64,000 bases of DNA from Octopus vulgaris (GCA_951406725.2 OX597833.1:11036001-11100000), one strand, 5' to 3'. Shown: positions 12,152 to 39,900, counted from the first letter of the stretch. The notes: generated from the letters alone by a model not told the origin. Program-made: numbers and translations.

Positions 12152-15100
12152 GTAAGAACTAATTTTATATCGTTTAAGATAAAACGTAAAAGAAATGTCC
12201 GTGGCCGGATTAAATATTATAAAGTATTGTGTTTCAATCTCTTTTACCTAAATTCATTGAAATGCGTCTACTCACCTACTGGCTTCAAATATTTGTCGGA
12301 TTCCATTCGTTTTTCACTGCACAACGAAATACACAACTTTAAGTTGCATGCCTAAATTAATTTGAAAATGTGACCCTCTTATGCTATGATATTAACTATG
12401 TTTATATGAGTTTATATGCAGGACCACGTCTATAAATAAAATCAATTTTGTGTACATGTAAGTCTATAATCCGGAACAAGTATGTAAGAAATATTTTCAG
12501 TTCAGATCTAATGTTAGTGTAAGCAATAAGATATTGTAGGGTTTATACTGTGTTGTAGAATGAAACCGAATCAATAAAACCATCCACATATTGTTGTTGC
12601 TCAGTAATTCTGCGAGTCTGGTGGTTGTAGAGAAATCATGCACAGTCTTTGAGTGACATTCCAGAGGGAAGCAATTGTTATTAAGATTTTCTAGCCTTTT
12701 ATTTAATTTTTCATCTAGCCTTTTATTTAATGCTCCAACCTTGAATTAAATTATCTCAAAAAATTTAGCTCAAGACTCGATCATCATTGCTAAAAAACCG
12801 CATTCAATTCGGCTGAGAAGTGAATTAGTGATGAATCATGCAAATCTTTACCAGTAACTAAAAGTATACATTCACCCCCAGGCGTGGGGGACTATTTCTC
12901 GGGATCAGCTTTACGTTCAGAGGAGAAAGAATTTTCAAACTCTTTGTTTATTTGTTTGTTTGTTTCTTAATTTCTTTCTCTCATTATTTCGTTCTTCCTT
13001 TCTTTCTTTTATTCATTCTTTCTTTCTTTTTTCTTTCTTCCTTCCTTTCTTTCTTACTTCCTTTCTTAACTCTTTAAATCCTCTTTCAAGTTCCCATCTA
13101 TCCTTCCTTCCATCTTTCCTTCATTCCATCCTTCCTTCATTCCTTCCATCCTTCCTTCCTTCCATCCTTCCTTCTTTCCTTCCTTCCTTCCTCCCTTTCC
13201 CCTTCCTTCCTTCCTTCCTTCCTTCCTTCCTTCCTTCCTTCCTTCCTTCCTTCCTTCCTTCCTTCCTTCCTTCCTTCCTTCCTTCCTTCCTTCCTTCCAT
13301 CCTTCCTTCCTTCCTTCCTTCCGTCCTTCCTTCCTTCTTTCCTTCCTATCTTCTAATCATTGTCTCCCCAATTCATTAATTCCCAGCCAAGAAATTCTCT
13401 CCCACATGGTTCACCAATTATTTTCTTTTAAACTAAATTGTTTCCTTCGCAATTTCGCAGGACCCGGTCCGGGAGCCTTGTATACCCGGTGGGGTAGAAC
13501 AAAATGTCCACGGAATTCCAGTCTGGTGTACGATGGTTAGTATATTCTGTTTCTTATCTCTCTCTCTATTTCTTTCTTTCTCTCTCTCTCTTTCTCTTCC
13601 TCTCTCCCTCTCCCTCCTTCTTTCTGATCTACACAAAAGTTTTTCCTATTATAGTACATCACGTTTTAAACGGCGATTATGGATTCTCTTGAGATTACTC
13701 AAAACTACTCACTCCGTTGAATTTATTTGGTCATAGCCGAAGTATAAATGCCGTCAAGAATGATCACACGAACAGGATATCATCGAAATAACTCCCTTGA
13801 ACCCAACCAAAGAATATAGTTACCTAAGGACTGTATGCATTAACTACGCACTATTCCACCACTTAATCACGCTAGTTCCTCATGGTAAGGCAATTCTGAA
13901 CTTTCCACTCAGAAGACACTATTTTCCACCACTTCCCCATCAACTTTTCTTTCTTTAAACGAGATTTGTTTTTGCTTGAAATACGATGGAACAGATTTTA
14001 CCTGTCTATAACCGAACCCTTAACGGTTTCCTTAAAGGTTTCCCAATTCAGCCTAAACTGAACCTTACAATCCTTTCTCCACTCACTTTCCTTAAGACGT
14101 AAAATAACCCCAGTGATGCAGCAAATAAAGCCAACGGGACCATAACGTGTATCTTCACGCGACCTGTTCACGACTAGCCGAGAGTTTTAGCTACGCTGTG
14201 CAGGATTTTCTGTTAAATAACTTTTAACTACCCATCGACTGTCAATACTCTTCACCTCACCGTGTTCTTCTATTTTGTATTGGTTAAAAATTCCTTGTAT
14301 CGTTCTTCTATTTTATCTCCGTTAAAATTTGAACAAAATCGTCTTTTCCATTTTAGAGGAAATGCGTGACGTAACGGCCTTCCCTTCGCACTCTTTTGAC
14401 ATCTACACACAACCATCTACAGCCATGTATCTAGACATATTCATAAATATTACCTACACAAACCCGTTGGCGAACACCTACAACATATATACATATAAAT
14501 CATAGACACGTACAGTTTTTAACTCATACACAAACATTCATTCAGCAACACAGCTTACACTCGCATCGATAGTAGTTTGTATACACATCCTACACACGTA
14601 AACATAGTGAATGTTCAAACACATAGACACACGCACACGCACACACATAGACACAACACACACACACACTTACACACACACATAAACTCAAACACACACA
14701 CACACACCCGTATGTGTGTCTATTTATAATCGCCAATTTAAAATTGAAAGTTCCTTTTCAAGGATTTCTTTTAATCCACGTTTTTCTTATTTCACTTTAC
14801 TTAATATTTTATTTATTTGATATGTTCTTACCAATTCTAGGTGTGGTTGGTTGATCACCGTGGAACGAAACAGGCGGCGGAAGTAATCTCTTATGTCTAC
14901 CTAACGACCCCATTTGGGCAAATTACAATGGAGCAGTAAAACATTGGGGTCACATATATGGCAGTGAATATGAAACATATTCCTATGCGAAAAAATACTT
15001 TTCTTTTGCTAACGCTGAATCACTTCATGATCACAACGTTCCGTGTGCTGTCTGTTTGACACGACAACCTGCTGTTGTTATGATGTTACCAGCCAGGACA

Positions 15101-16911
15101 CAGTGTTACGCTGGTTGGACGGCTGAATATTCAGGATATTTGATGACCGAGCGTTATAGTCATAAGGGCAGACATGAATATGTGTGTGTGGATTATGCAC
15201 CAGAAGCTGATCCAGCAGGTTACAGAAACGAAAATGGAGCTTTATTATATTTTGTGGAGGGAATTTGTGGTTCATTACCATGTCCACCGTATGTCTATGG
15301 TCGCATATTAACCTGCGTTGTGTGCAGTAAATATTGAAGTGAATATCGTTGAATTTGCTTCTCTATGAAAACTTATGTTAACCAATTACAAGACATAATA
15401 TAATATCATAAAACAATATAGACGTTTTAAATTCTGTTTGATGATATTTTATCGAAGTTATATAAATCGTTAAAATACTCTGCGCTACTAGTTAATAGGA
15501 AAATATTATAATGGAGAGAAAATCGGCGCCAGAGAATGTGAGAATTATGCTTATAGAACAATGCAAAGCTGAGTGAATAATTCTAGATAAACATTGTATA
15601 AGGATCAGTTCATAAAACTAAAATGTGGAAATAAAATTGTATTTCGTTTAACTGTATTTTGTGTTCTGTCTTAAATATCAATAAATCCCACTTGAAGTAA
15701 TATCATAGAAATATAAGATGGTTCCATCATTTTTGAGAGGAATGTAAGTAGTAATCCTCTCACCACCTATTTTGTTTTTACCTGTCTCTATACCACCTCG
15801 TGACTCCGCCACAAGATTAGTTGACATCCTCATAACCGGAATGCGTAATCCTCACACCTTGCACCATTTCCTAAACACTGATGCACAACAATCAGGAATG
15901 GAATCACCTGGGAGTATCGAATGCGAATAATTCTCTCACTTAAAAGCAGAAAAATGGTAAATTGGAGCAAAGATTTGCTTTACAACACTTACCACATACA
16001 TAGAAAGCAGAGTAAAGACAGCAAAAGGACGTAGAAACATAATGAGGGTAAGCAAAGTTACTCTGTGTAAACTGTGTGATATGTTGAGACTGTTACAGCA
16101 CATCCAATAAGAAACATCACTATGTATTAGTGTAGAATATTCCTTAGATTAAAGAGAAGAAGAATGGATATTTGGGAGACACAACGTCTTTCATGCAAGT
16201 AATTGAGTGACATAAGCTTGCCATTAAGAAAATGCATGTATTTAGACATTTATAATAGGAATCAACTTTAAAGGTATACATGTGTGTGTGCTTAACCTAA
16301 TGAACCTTTTGGAAAATTCGGACTGAGAATCGTAGCTACGTTTGAGTAGCACAGAGTGCGTTCTGTTTCAATAAATATTTCTGCGATATGATATTTTAGA
16401 TAAGCACAACCGTCTATTTATTTGCTTAATACTATTAAACACTCGACGTATTTCCTTACTTATATGCGGTCAACATTTAGAGTTTCATATATTTTGAAAT
16501 AATTTTATACTTTTTTATTTACTTTTTAATGTTTGACCCTGAAAAAAGACATGTTAATGCTTTTAATAATAAATACCCATTCATTTATACAAGGCTTTGT
16601 TTCCTTACCAAAATATATCAATGATTGAAACAAAATACAATGACTCATAAAAGCGATTCACAACAAACCTGCAACTTTCCTCCTTCCTGGGCACTTTTGG
16701 GCAAAGATAAAGAGTGCAGGGAAGAGCATGGCTATTCTACTGGGGGTGGGGCAAAATAAAGCAATCTAATAGATGATAATGTTTTCATTAAAAAAAAAAA
16801 TTATGCTTAAATAAAGTAATTCAATATAAATATGATAAAATTTACAAAGAACAAAACAAAAACAAGCAATAAAAATCTGTGAACGAGATGTAAAGAGTAA
16901 CCGATCGACAA

Positions 16912-17160
16912 CGTAAAGTATAATAGCCATCTCAATATGGCTAACCACCACAAAGGGTGGGTGTTACTGTAGCTTGTAGCCCCCGGAGATCACAGTCTGC
17001 AGCTGGCTTTAGGCACACTATCTATGCACTTATGGTATTTGCAAAGGCAGGTTATTGTGTGCCTAAATCCAGCTGGAGACGATGATCTCCTGGGGCTAAA
17101 AGCTACAGTAACACCCACCCTTTGTGGTCAGCCATATCGAGATAGCGATTATACTTTACG
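16912..17160. mobile_element. Second copy of the foldback/MITE-like palindrome
   Basis: Paralog of 3568-3817, co-duplicated with the unit. Confidence 0.8.
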
Positions 17161-17871
17161 GAAACATAAAAAGTTAAGTCTAAAACAGATTTATGAAAAA
17201 CACACATGTTTAAAAAAGCAATTTTTTTCATTGCTGCAATTTTTCTAAATTAGGTTGCCTGTCATATCTTCGAAATTATCTACAGGGTGAAATTATCTCT
17301 GGGCCAAGTTTCCTACGGTGATAATTCCTGAGACGAGTTTTCCTGAAGTTTAAGTGTTTACGGCGAATATTCCCAGAACCGTCAAAGATAAGCTAGTAAA
17401 AGCCATCGCAGTTGAATCTGGTGTTAAAAAGGGCGGCCTCCTACCTACTACGATGTTTGCCATTTGGTTTGTTGCTGATTTGCTCCAAGCCTTTCAGGCT
17501 GTGTCACTCGCTACAGGTTAGACATTGAAATACTAGTGAATACCAACGATGACTAATGTATACTGAAGCCCCCACCCGGCCGTTCTCGGCGTCCTGCATG
17601 TTGGAATGCACGCATTCTAATGAATTCTACAACTGTATGATACTACACACACACACACACATAAACACACACACTTAAACAACACGCACACACAGACACA
17701 CACACAGACACACACTCACACACACACACAGACACACACACACACACACAAACACAAACGCACAGAAGACATATGAAACTATACAAATTATATGAAACTA
17801 TACAAACACACACACATAAACACACACACTTAAACAACACGCACTCACAGATACACACACAGACACACACA

Positions 17872-17945
<74 letters not shown>

Positions 17946-18572
17946 AACGCACAGAAGACATTTTGACTATCATAAATTTATCGTCAGCAGAAATATTCTA
18001 ATAAGATTCAGTGTAAATAAAATGGAATAATCTTTAACATCAGGTTTGTTATGAAGTAACCAATAAAAACACTAGACTGCATTAAATAAAGCTTTGCAGT
18101 TACAGTCTGTACAGATGTTGAACGGACAATGTAGTCCCCTACATGAATATTACAGCAGTTTCGGGAAGAAAAAGAAGTAAACATTAAGAAATAAATAAAT
18201 AAGAATTCTCCAACAAATAGGCATTTGTTTTCAGTTTACAAATTTGTGCTGAAGTCCGTAAAATATTCTGCTGACTGTTCTGTGTTAATCGTGGATCATC
18301 TCCATCCAATCACAAAAGGTGTCATTTAAAAGGTGACACCCACCTTTATTGTAATATCAATCTGATTGGTGCCTGCATTTACGATTAGATTTTCGGCAGG
18401 GTTGGGTTGTGGAGGGGGAACAATATCAAAAAGCCGGAATCAGACGTCAACAATTTTCAGTTACGATCCCAAAGCGAGAAGCTCACACTTATAAACTCCA
18501 GCTTACATCAACTTCAGATTTATCATTAAACCAAAACGAAGTAACAGGCTGCACGGACGACCGAAAACCGCA

Positions 18573-30777
<12,205 letters not shown>

Positions 30778-31069
30778 ATGGAATATAGTTGAATTTGCTT
30801 CTCTATGAAAACTTATGTTAACCAATTACAAGACATAATATAATATCATAAAACAATATAGACATTTTAGATTCTGTTTGATAATATTTTATCGAAGTTA
30901 TTTAAATCGTTAAAATACTCTGCGCTACTAGTTAACAGAAAAATATTGTAATAGAGAGAAAATCGGCGCCAGAGAATGTGAGAATTATGCTTATAGAACA
31001 ATGCAAAGCTGAGTGAATAATTCTAGATAAACATTGTATAAGGATCAGTTCATAAAACTAAAATGTGGA

Positions 31070-31075
31070 AATAAA
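31070..31075 (+). terminator. Putative polyadenylation signal AATAAA of copy C (equivalents at 2287, 15630, 44640, 57084)
   Basis: AATAAA about 290 nt after the stop in every copy, followed by GT/T-rich sequence. Confidence 0.5.
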
Positions 31076-32539
31076 ATTGTATTTCGTTTGACTGTATTTT
31101 GTGTTCTGTCTTAAATATCAATAAACCCCACTTGAAGTAATATCATAGAAATATATGATGGTTCCATCATTTTTGAGAGGAATGTAAGTAGTAATCCTCT
31201 CACCGCCTATTTTGTTTTTACCTGTATCTATACAACCTCGTGACCACGACACAAGATTAGTTGACATCCTCATAGCCGGAACACGTAACCCTCACACCTA
31301 GCACCATTTCCTAAACACTGTTCACAACAATCAGGAATGGAATCACCAGCGAGTATCGAATACGAATAATTCTCTCACTGAAAAGCTGAAAAATGGTAAA
31401 TTGGAGCAAAGATTTGCTTTACAACACTTACCACATACATAGAAAGCAGAGTAAAGACAGCAAAAGGACGTAGAAACATAATGAGGCTAAGCAAAGTTAC
31501 TCTGTGTAAACTGTGTGATATGTTGAGACTGTTACACCACATCCAATAAGAAACATCACTATGTGTTAGTGTAGAATATTCTTTAGATTAAAGAGAAGAA
31601 GATGGATATTCGGGAGACATAACGTATTTCATGCAAGTAATTGAGTGCCATAAGCTTGCCATTAAGAAAATGCATGTATTTAGACATTTATAATAGGAAT
31701 CAACTTTAAAGGTATACATGTGTGTGTGCTTAACCAAATAAACCTTTTGAAATATCGAACCGCCAGGGACTGGGCCTTCAACGCAATCAAGAATGGAAGC
31801 TACAGGACAATAAAAATCCTGTTAAAGGACAAATTCCTTCAGTTGAGTCATCGTTTATTGAACAACTTGGGTCGAAAGACTCTTGATCGATGGGATTGAA
31901 GGATTACGAATTGTTGTTAGAACATCTTTCAATAAGGTGAAGTCGTATAAAAAATAATCCTGCAGTGGAATTGGTTTTCTGGTTGTCTCCAATTCCTTTG
32001 TGCCACTGGTGTTAGCACAGCAGAACGGTTTATCCACTCAAAGCAAATTTACACTCTGGATCATCTTGGATTCTTGGAACGGTACATGGAGGGTAATGGA
32101 AAATTAATGAATGATTGAAGCTTTGAAAGCTGGGAGGTTGTAATTGTTAAGTCATAGGTGGCATGGAGGGATTTTGGTTGCTTCATCTTCTATGATAATG
32201 GTGGTATTTAGCAGCATCCCGAGTGACTGGACAGCACATTTCAGTCATTGCATTGCTCACATTCTGGCGAATGAGTGCGAAAAAAGGTGGTTTAAAGAAA
32301 GTTTGAGACTACCAAACAGGTCAGCACTCCGAGTCTATTTGCTGTTCACTCATGCGGGGATAATACCAACATCCGTCTTGAATCATGGACTGTCATTGGA
32401 GAGTCCTGAACATCCCCATGTGACCGAAGGTGGAGGAACTGGCTATAGGAAACAGGAATTGAATGAACAGTGAGTTACCGTTGGTGGTATTAGTTCAACA
32501 ATCGTTTATGGAACATTGCATGCTGGGTATCGGACTTAC

Positions 32540-33312
32540 GTTCGAGTAGCGCAGAGTGCGTTTTGTGTTGACATATATTTCTGCGATAGGTTAGTTCTAG
32601 ATAGTCACAACCAACAATTTATTTGTTTAATACCATCATACACCGGACGTGTATAACTACGTCATAACATTTTCAGCGACGAAGTTATTCGAAGCTCATA
32701 CCGGACCTATTTTTCTCTTCACATGAGTGCTTTACAAGCCTCGGTAATTTAATTACATCAACAAAACCAGCAAAAGCAATAAAGATAAAGACAACAGCCG
32801 TTGGAATTACAGAAACAGCAAAAACAGCAATTAAAACAGCAACAACAACAGTTGTTGGAATTTGAGAAGCAACATCAATTGTTAGTACAACTGATACAGA
32901 AGAAATCAGAAATGGGAATCGTAGCTACGTTCGAGAGGCACAGAATGCGTTCTCTTTTAATAAATATTTCTGTGATAGGTGCTGTTCGAATTATGGAATT
33001 CACCTAGAAATAGACTTTGTCAAAACGTTATGGTGGTCATCCAGTTGTCATATAGGAGTGAAAAATGTGATCCCTGACTGTTGAAATTAGAAAAACAAAT
33101 ATGCGTTTGGCAGAACGCAACACGGATTCTGATTTTAGACAATGTACGAATGTACCCACAAAATATCGAAGAACCGGTCACACTACAGAAATGAATGTTA
33201 AAAGAAATTCACATTGTTCACCCGTGGATTTTAAGAATGAAATTTTTGTTGAGAAGCTATGTGTATTGGCCAGAAATGGATTGAGTGTTTGAAGAACTTT
33301 TGTGCCTGAAAT
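32540..33312 (+). mobile_element. Rearranged Gypsy-type remnant (LTR end at 32669, Gln-rich gag start, integrase Zn-binding fragment)
   Basis: Paralogous to 46085-46450. 33195-33300 translates MLKEIHIVHPWILRMKFLLRSYVYWPEMD*VFEEL, matching the integrase H2C2 pattern LH..HPG..RMK..ARSYVYWP.MD. Confidence 0.7.
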
Positions 33313-33317
33313 GGCCT

Positions 33318-33496
33318 TTGGATACTTCCATGTTAGAATGGGTTTCAATCAAAGAAAGTTTAATTCTATCATTTAATTAGTTAATACACAAATGTATAAA
33401 AATGTTTTTTAATTGCATTAGACATTCTGAAATACTATTAAATTTCATTCAATTTTAAAAACAGTAAAATCGGACAGAACTTATGGGATGACCTGA
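33318..33496 (-). mobile_element. Mariner terminal fragment (one TIR plus leader)
   Basis: Homologous to 48027-48213, including CGGACAGAACTTATGGGATGACCTGA|TA. Confidence 0.8.
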
Positions 33497-33602
33497 TACA
33501 CACACAGACATAGACATATACAGATACACAGAGACACAGAGAAACACAGAGATACACTCAAACACACACACAGACACACACACATACACACTCACACATA
33601 CA

Positions 33603-33635
<33 letters not shown>

Positions 33636-34084
33636 TAATATATACGTACATAAACTGCATCCGGGAGTGGGAAAACATGGTACGAATATTCCTGGGATTT
33701 GAGGGATGTGGAAGCACCTTTTACCCACTAATATTCCCAGATCTAACCTGACCCAGGGTAGTAGGACATGTTAGGGTCCCAGTTAGGATTCACCCTAACC
33801 AGATCTAGTACATCCCCAATCCCAATGGTGCCACTGTTGAGGGCAGGTAGCCACGTGCGGGAGCGTTGTAACCGTTGTAATCTCAAAATCAAATCATGCG
33901 AAAGTCATCTGTGGCTTGAATAATAAGTCTCTTTCAGTCAGTGTCGCTCGCTACAGATTAGTCATTCGGGTTCAAGTCAATACCGACGACGACTCATATA
34001 CAGTGAGGCCCCCACCCGGCTGTTCTCGGCGCCCTGCATGTTGGAATACCAGAATTCTAACAAATTCTAGAATTGTATGATACT

Positions 34085-34172
<88 letters not shown>

Positions 34173-34848
34173 GCAAACATACACACACACACGCACGCAC
34201 CACACACACACACAAACACAAGCGCACAGAAGATATTTTGATTATTATAAAATTTATCGTCAGCAGAAATATTCTAATAAGATTCAGTGTAAATATAATG
34301 GAATATTCTTTAACGTCATGTTTGTTATGAAGTAACCAATAAAAACACTAGACTGCATTAAATAAAGCTTTGCAGTTACAGTCTGTACAGATGTTGAACG
34401 GACAATGTAGTCCCCTACATGAATATTACAGCAGTTTCGGGAAAATAAAGAAGTAAACATTAAGAAATAAATAAATAAGAATTCTCCAACAAATAGGCAT
34501 TTGTTTTCAGTTTACAAATTTGTGCTGAAGTCAGTAAAATATTCTGCTGACTGTTCTGTGTTAATCGTGGATCATCTCCATCCAATCACAAAAGGTGCCA
34601 TTTAAAAGGTGACACCCACAATTATTGTAATATCAATCTGATTGGTTCCTGAATTTACGATTAGATTTTCGGCGGGGTTGGGTTGTGGAGGGTGAAAAAT
34701 ATAAAAAAGCCGGAATCAGACGTCAACAATTTTCAGTTACGATCCCAAAGCGAGAAGCTCACACTTACAAACTCCAGCTTACATCAACTTCAGATTTATC
34801 ATTAAACCAAAACGAAATAACAGGCTGCACGGACGACCGAAAACCGCA

Positions 34849-35195
34849 ATGGAAATCGCTAAGGTGTGGCGGGTCATTTCGCAGCGGTTTTCCGTTTCTT
34901 CTGTCATAACTTTTGGACTGTTTCTCGTGTTGACCATCACGATTCTTCATTTCGATGCAAGGACCAGAGAGATAGAAGAGAAATCAACCGCAGTAAGTAC
35001 AGGACACTTGAAGTTTCTATATTTTAGATGCAAGAAATGTATACGTATATCCATCCATCCATCCATCAATCCATCCATCCTATCCATCGAACCATCGATC
35101 CATCGATCCATCGATCCCATACATACATACATACATACATATATAGACACATGTATATATATGTATGGTTTTATATATATATATATAAGTATATG

Positions 35196-35243
<48 letters not shown>

Positions 35244-35538
35244 CATATCTATATATGTATATATGTATTTATGTATATATATTTTTTCATACATACACAT
35301 ACACACAAACTAACACACATCATCTCCATACATTCTTTTCTCTCTCTTTCCGGTTCTTTTCATCCTCTCTCCTTTTTTATCCTCTTAATCCTTTTTATCC
35401 TCTTAATCCTTTCTGTCGTAGAGCGTGCGGTCGAAAGATTCCATTCTACCCGAGCGTTGAACTTAATGCACTTGCCTGTGGTTTCTACACCCGTCCTTGT
35501 CTTTTGTTTTCTGTAAATTTGAAATCTCTCTCTCATTC

Positions 35539-35585
<47 letters not shown>

Positions 35586-35586
35586 T

Positions 35587-35661
<75 letters not shown>

Positions 35662-35670
35662 CTCTATCTC

Positions 35671-35745
<75 letters not shown>

Positions 35746-35830
35746 CTCTATCACTCTAGCTATCTATGTATATATCTATCTATGTATTTATCTACCTATT
35801 TATCTATCCATCTAGCTACGTATCGATTTA

Positions 35831-35863
<33 letters not shown>

Positions 35864-35864
35864 C

Positions 35865-35905
<41 letters not shown>

Positions 35906-36475
35906 ATCTATGAACGCATTCATTCAGCTTCCATATAGGACAGAAGATTCTTACCGTGCAGCCAGGCCTGCACCTACAGGGATCGATCCCATGCCGGCAA
36001 TCGAACCCTGACCGACTGAAAGACAGGTAGGAATTATATGTGTGTACATATAACATATACACAAATAATTGTTATATGTTTCGGCCAGTATAGGCCCAGG
36101 CTATGTATAACTTAATAGCACAAAGTGGTGAAGCAGTTTAGAATCTGATTCCCATCTCAGTCATAAGACTTTTTAATGTTGGAGACATATCCGGGTGTTG
36201 GAGGTTGGTCGAAGAGTTTTTGGGGAAAATTTTGTCCCTAGAAATTTTGAATTTTATGGAATCTGTTTTCGGTTTAATGTATTCTGCTATAACATTAAAG
36301 AGAGCTGGACCAGTTGAGCTAAAGTAGTCGTGTCATATACACATATACATACATATATACATATATGTATAGACATATATACATATATATATATATATAT
36401 ATAAATATACACATAGATATATATTTATATATATATATATGAAAAATGTATATATATATATATATATTAGTATAC

Positions 36476-36523
<48 letters not shown>

Positions 36524-36913
36524 CATATGCATACATAAAAATATATATATAATTATGTCTCGTATATATATCTACTAACATATCAATGGATGGATAATTT
36601 TTAATGTGTTTAGAGAGATAGAAAAATAGAACTATTGATCATTCGATAAATAGGTATATTGATATATTTGTATGCATATGTATGTATATATATGTATATA
36701 TATATATATATATATAAATATAAATATATATATTTATATATTTATATGTATATATATATATAAATAAATATATATATATATATAAATAAATATATATATA
36801 TATATATATATATACACACCCCCACACACACACCTATATATATATATAAATATAGGGCCACATTGGTGGACAAACTGACTGAGAGTTTGAAACATAAATA
36901 AATAAATAGATAT

Positions 36914-36976
<63 letters not shown>

Positions 36977-39900
36977 CATAGAAAGATCGATTGATTTGAT
37001 AGTTTCATTCACGTTATATATTTTGCTTCGACGTTTTGGCTCGTGGTCATAAATGTCGGGAAGTTGTAGTTCGATTCCTTACAGGCCAGTGATGAACAGG
37101 TTCTGAATTCAGGGACCTCGAAAGGATAAAGACAAGGCGCGACTACGCGGAAGTTGATCATTATCTTGAAATATTTAGTATTGTAGATGACAATTATAAA
37201 AGCCCCCAGAAAGGATGTGCGATAGATAGCGTTGCAAAATAGAAAGCAATGAATTTGTCAATTACTATACGTAGCAAAGACATAGGATTAGAAAAATGTA
37301 AGTAAGTTTACAAGTCAATAATGAATTGTGTTCCATGTTGTAAGATAGAGATTGACATTTCTTGCTGAAATATTTTACATAGAAAGGCCTTATATATGTA
37401 CGTCTTCCGCTTTCGTGTGCATACATAAATGAACATGTATGAATGCATCGCTTGATGTGTATATTCGAATGTGCTTATATATATACACACACACATATAT
37501 GTGTGTCTGTGTATTTATTTCTGGATGTATTTTTTCCTCTCTAGATTCAGCTCAGAGCTGCGTCCATGATGATGCACATACATACATACATACATACATA
37601 CATACATACATACATACATACATACATACATACATACATACATACGTAAGTACATACATACACCCAGACAGACACACAGACACACACAGACACACATACA
37701 GACATACAGACACACACAGAGACGCACAGAAATCTAGATACATGCACTATTGTCTGTTTCTTCGGATGACGTTTTCGTGCTTAATTGCCGAAGAATTCCT
37801 GGGATGATTTGTTTCCAGAGCTCCCTCCGTCAAATTAATGAACAGGTCCAGAAATGTTCCATACGATCAGTTGTCGATATATTTGCAGTGCAATGTAAAT
37901 AGTTTTGCTCAAGAACGCAACGCCCCGCCTTCTGTTTGAATCGAACGTACAACCCTTTGTTCGTGAGTTTAGAACCTGAAGCACTAAACCACGTTTAAAT
38001 ATTTTAGCGTATATAAATATATGCATCTATCCCTAAAAGGCAGACTTACATAAACGAACAAACACGCATTCACATGCGGAAAGATACACACAAACGCATA
38101 TATATCGGCTTGTTGGAGCGCTGAATTCCGCGCAGGTCTTTTTTGTGAAAATAAATATATTTTCCATTGAAAGAAAATATCTTTAAAAATATGTTACATA
38201 GAAAGCGAAATGAATCGGGTCTGAGATATCTACCCACCTGTTTGTAGATTTACAAACTGGAAGATTAGGTTTTCTAAATGCATTTGCAACATTCTCCGTG
38301 CGTGTTTTCGTTCGTTAGGCTTAATTAACTCTCATTGTGATGGGTTTGCTTTTGCCATATAAAAGCATGAAATAAAGGAGTACCCGATGCACAGAGGAGG
38401 TAGGAATGCGGTAAGCCACCAAGATGTAACACAACGATGAAAATTTGGTGGAATTAACAATGAAGTTGTCTCACACATCTTCAAAAGAAGCTGTCCAAAA
38501 GTGCCATTATTGTATTGCTTAGCTTTAAATTCTAAACATTGATGAATTTTCTAAAAATCTATTTCTATGATGTTATTTCAATTTTTTCACAGAACCGTTT
38601 CCTTTTCAAGAAATCTCTGGATGACAAAGCTGTTCACACGCCAAGTAAGAACTAATTTTATATCGTGTAAAATAAAAACGTAAAAGAAATGTCCGGGGCC
38701 GTATTAAATATTATAAAATATTGTTTCACTCTCTTTTAGCTAAATTCATTTAAATGCGTCCCCTCACCTACTGGCTTCTAATTTATTTCTGGTTCCATTC
38801 ATTTTTCATTACTTACCCTGTCTGCTCAATAAAATACACAACTTTAAGTTGCATGCCAAAATGGAATTTGAAAAGGTAACCCTCTGATGCTATGATACTA
38901 ACTATGTTTATATGAGTTCATATTCAGGACCACGTCAATGAATGAAAGCAATTTTGTGTACATGTAAGACTATAATCTGGAAAAAAGTATGTAAGATATA
39001 TTTTCATTTCAGATCAAATATTAGTGTAAGCAATAAGAAATTGTAGGGTTTACCCTATGTTGTAGAATGAAACCGAATCAATAAAACCATCCACATATTG
39101 TTGTTGCTCAGTAATTCTGCGAGTCTGGTGGTTGTAGAGAAATCATGCACCTGTCTTTGAGTGCCATTCCAGAGGGAAGAAAGTATTATTATTAAGAATA
39201 CGGGTTAGGTTGACAAGCGTGACAAATATTAGCCAACTGGTACTATCTGCCCAACTCTTTTCTGGTCTATCCCCAGATCCCTCGCCGGCTGATCCAGATT
39301 GAAGAATTTGTATTGTGATTCTTTTCTATGAGATTGAAATCGCATGTCCTTAGTACAGGAGCTGTCATCTCTCAATGCAGAGAATCAGAAGTTCGAACTG
39401 GAGACATTTGCTGATCTCTGATTAACCATCGCAGTCGAATAACGTTGCTCAAGAGATCCCTTGCAATTCGCATAATTTCGGTCGTAGTATTTCAGTCACG
39501 AAATTTTAACTTCTACACCAAAAGTTAATGTTTTCTACGTTCAACACTAATGTAATGTTTTCTACCTTCGTGTTCCGTACTATTTCTGGTTTAATTATTT
39601 AGCATCATCTGTAAATTTGCAGGTTCAATACTTAAGAATATTCTAGAAATATTTTTAAAGACAAATGTTAAATTCTCTTTGCACCTAAAATTAAAAATCA
39701 ATTAATAGCAGCATATCTGTCACGAATAAATATATTTCTACAGAATTTTTATTTTCAAATAATGTTATATTCTAATTAAATCATTAACAAGTATTGTTGC
39801 AATGAGTGCAATTTATATTTTAATATGATTTTTATATGTTTAAGTTCTAATGCATAAAAACATATAAAAATATGTAATCGCAAAAGTATATTATATAAAT

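Larger units (their letters stand above)
5033..15337 (+). pseudogene. Copy B of the C4-like gene: exon 1 5033-5176, exon 2a 7408-7459 or 2b 12100-12151, exon 3b 13461-13535, exon 4 14841-15337; premature TGA at 14852-14854
   Basis: All exons are bounded by AG/GT with compatible phases (0,1,1). Exon 4 is otherwise in frame to CVVCSKY*, but the GGA (Gly) of copies A and C-F is TGA here. Confidence 0.8.
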
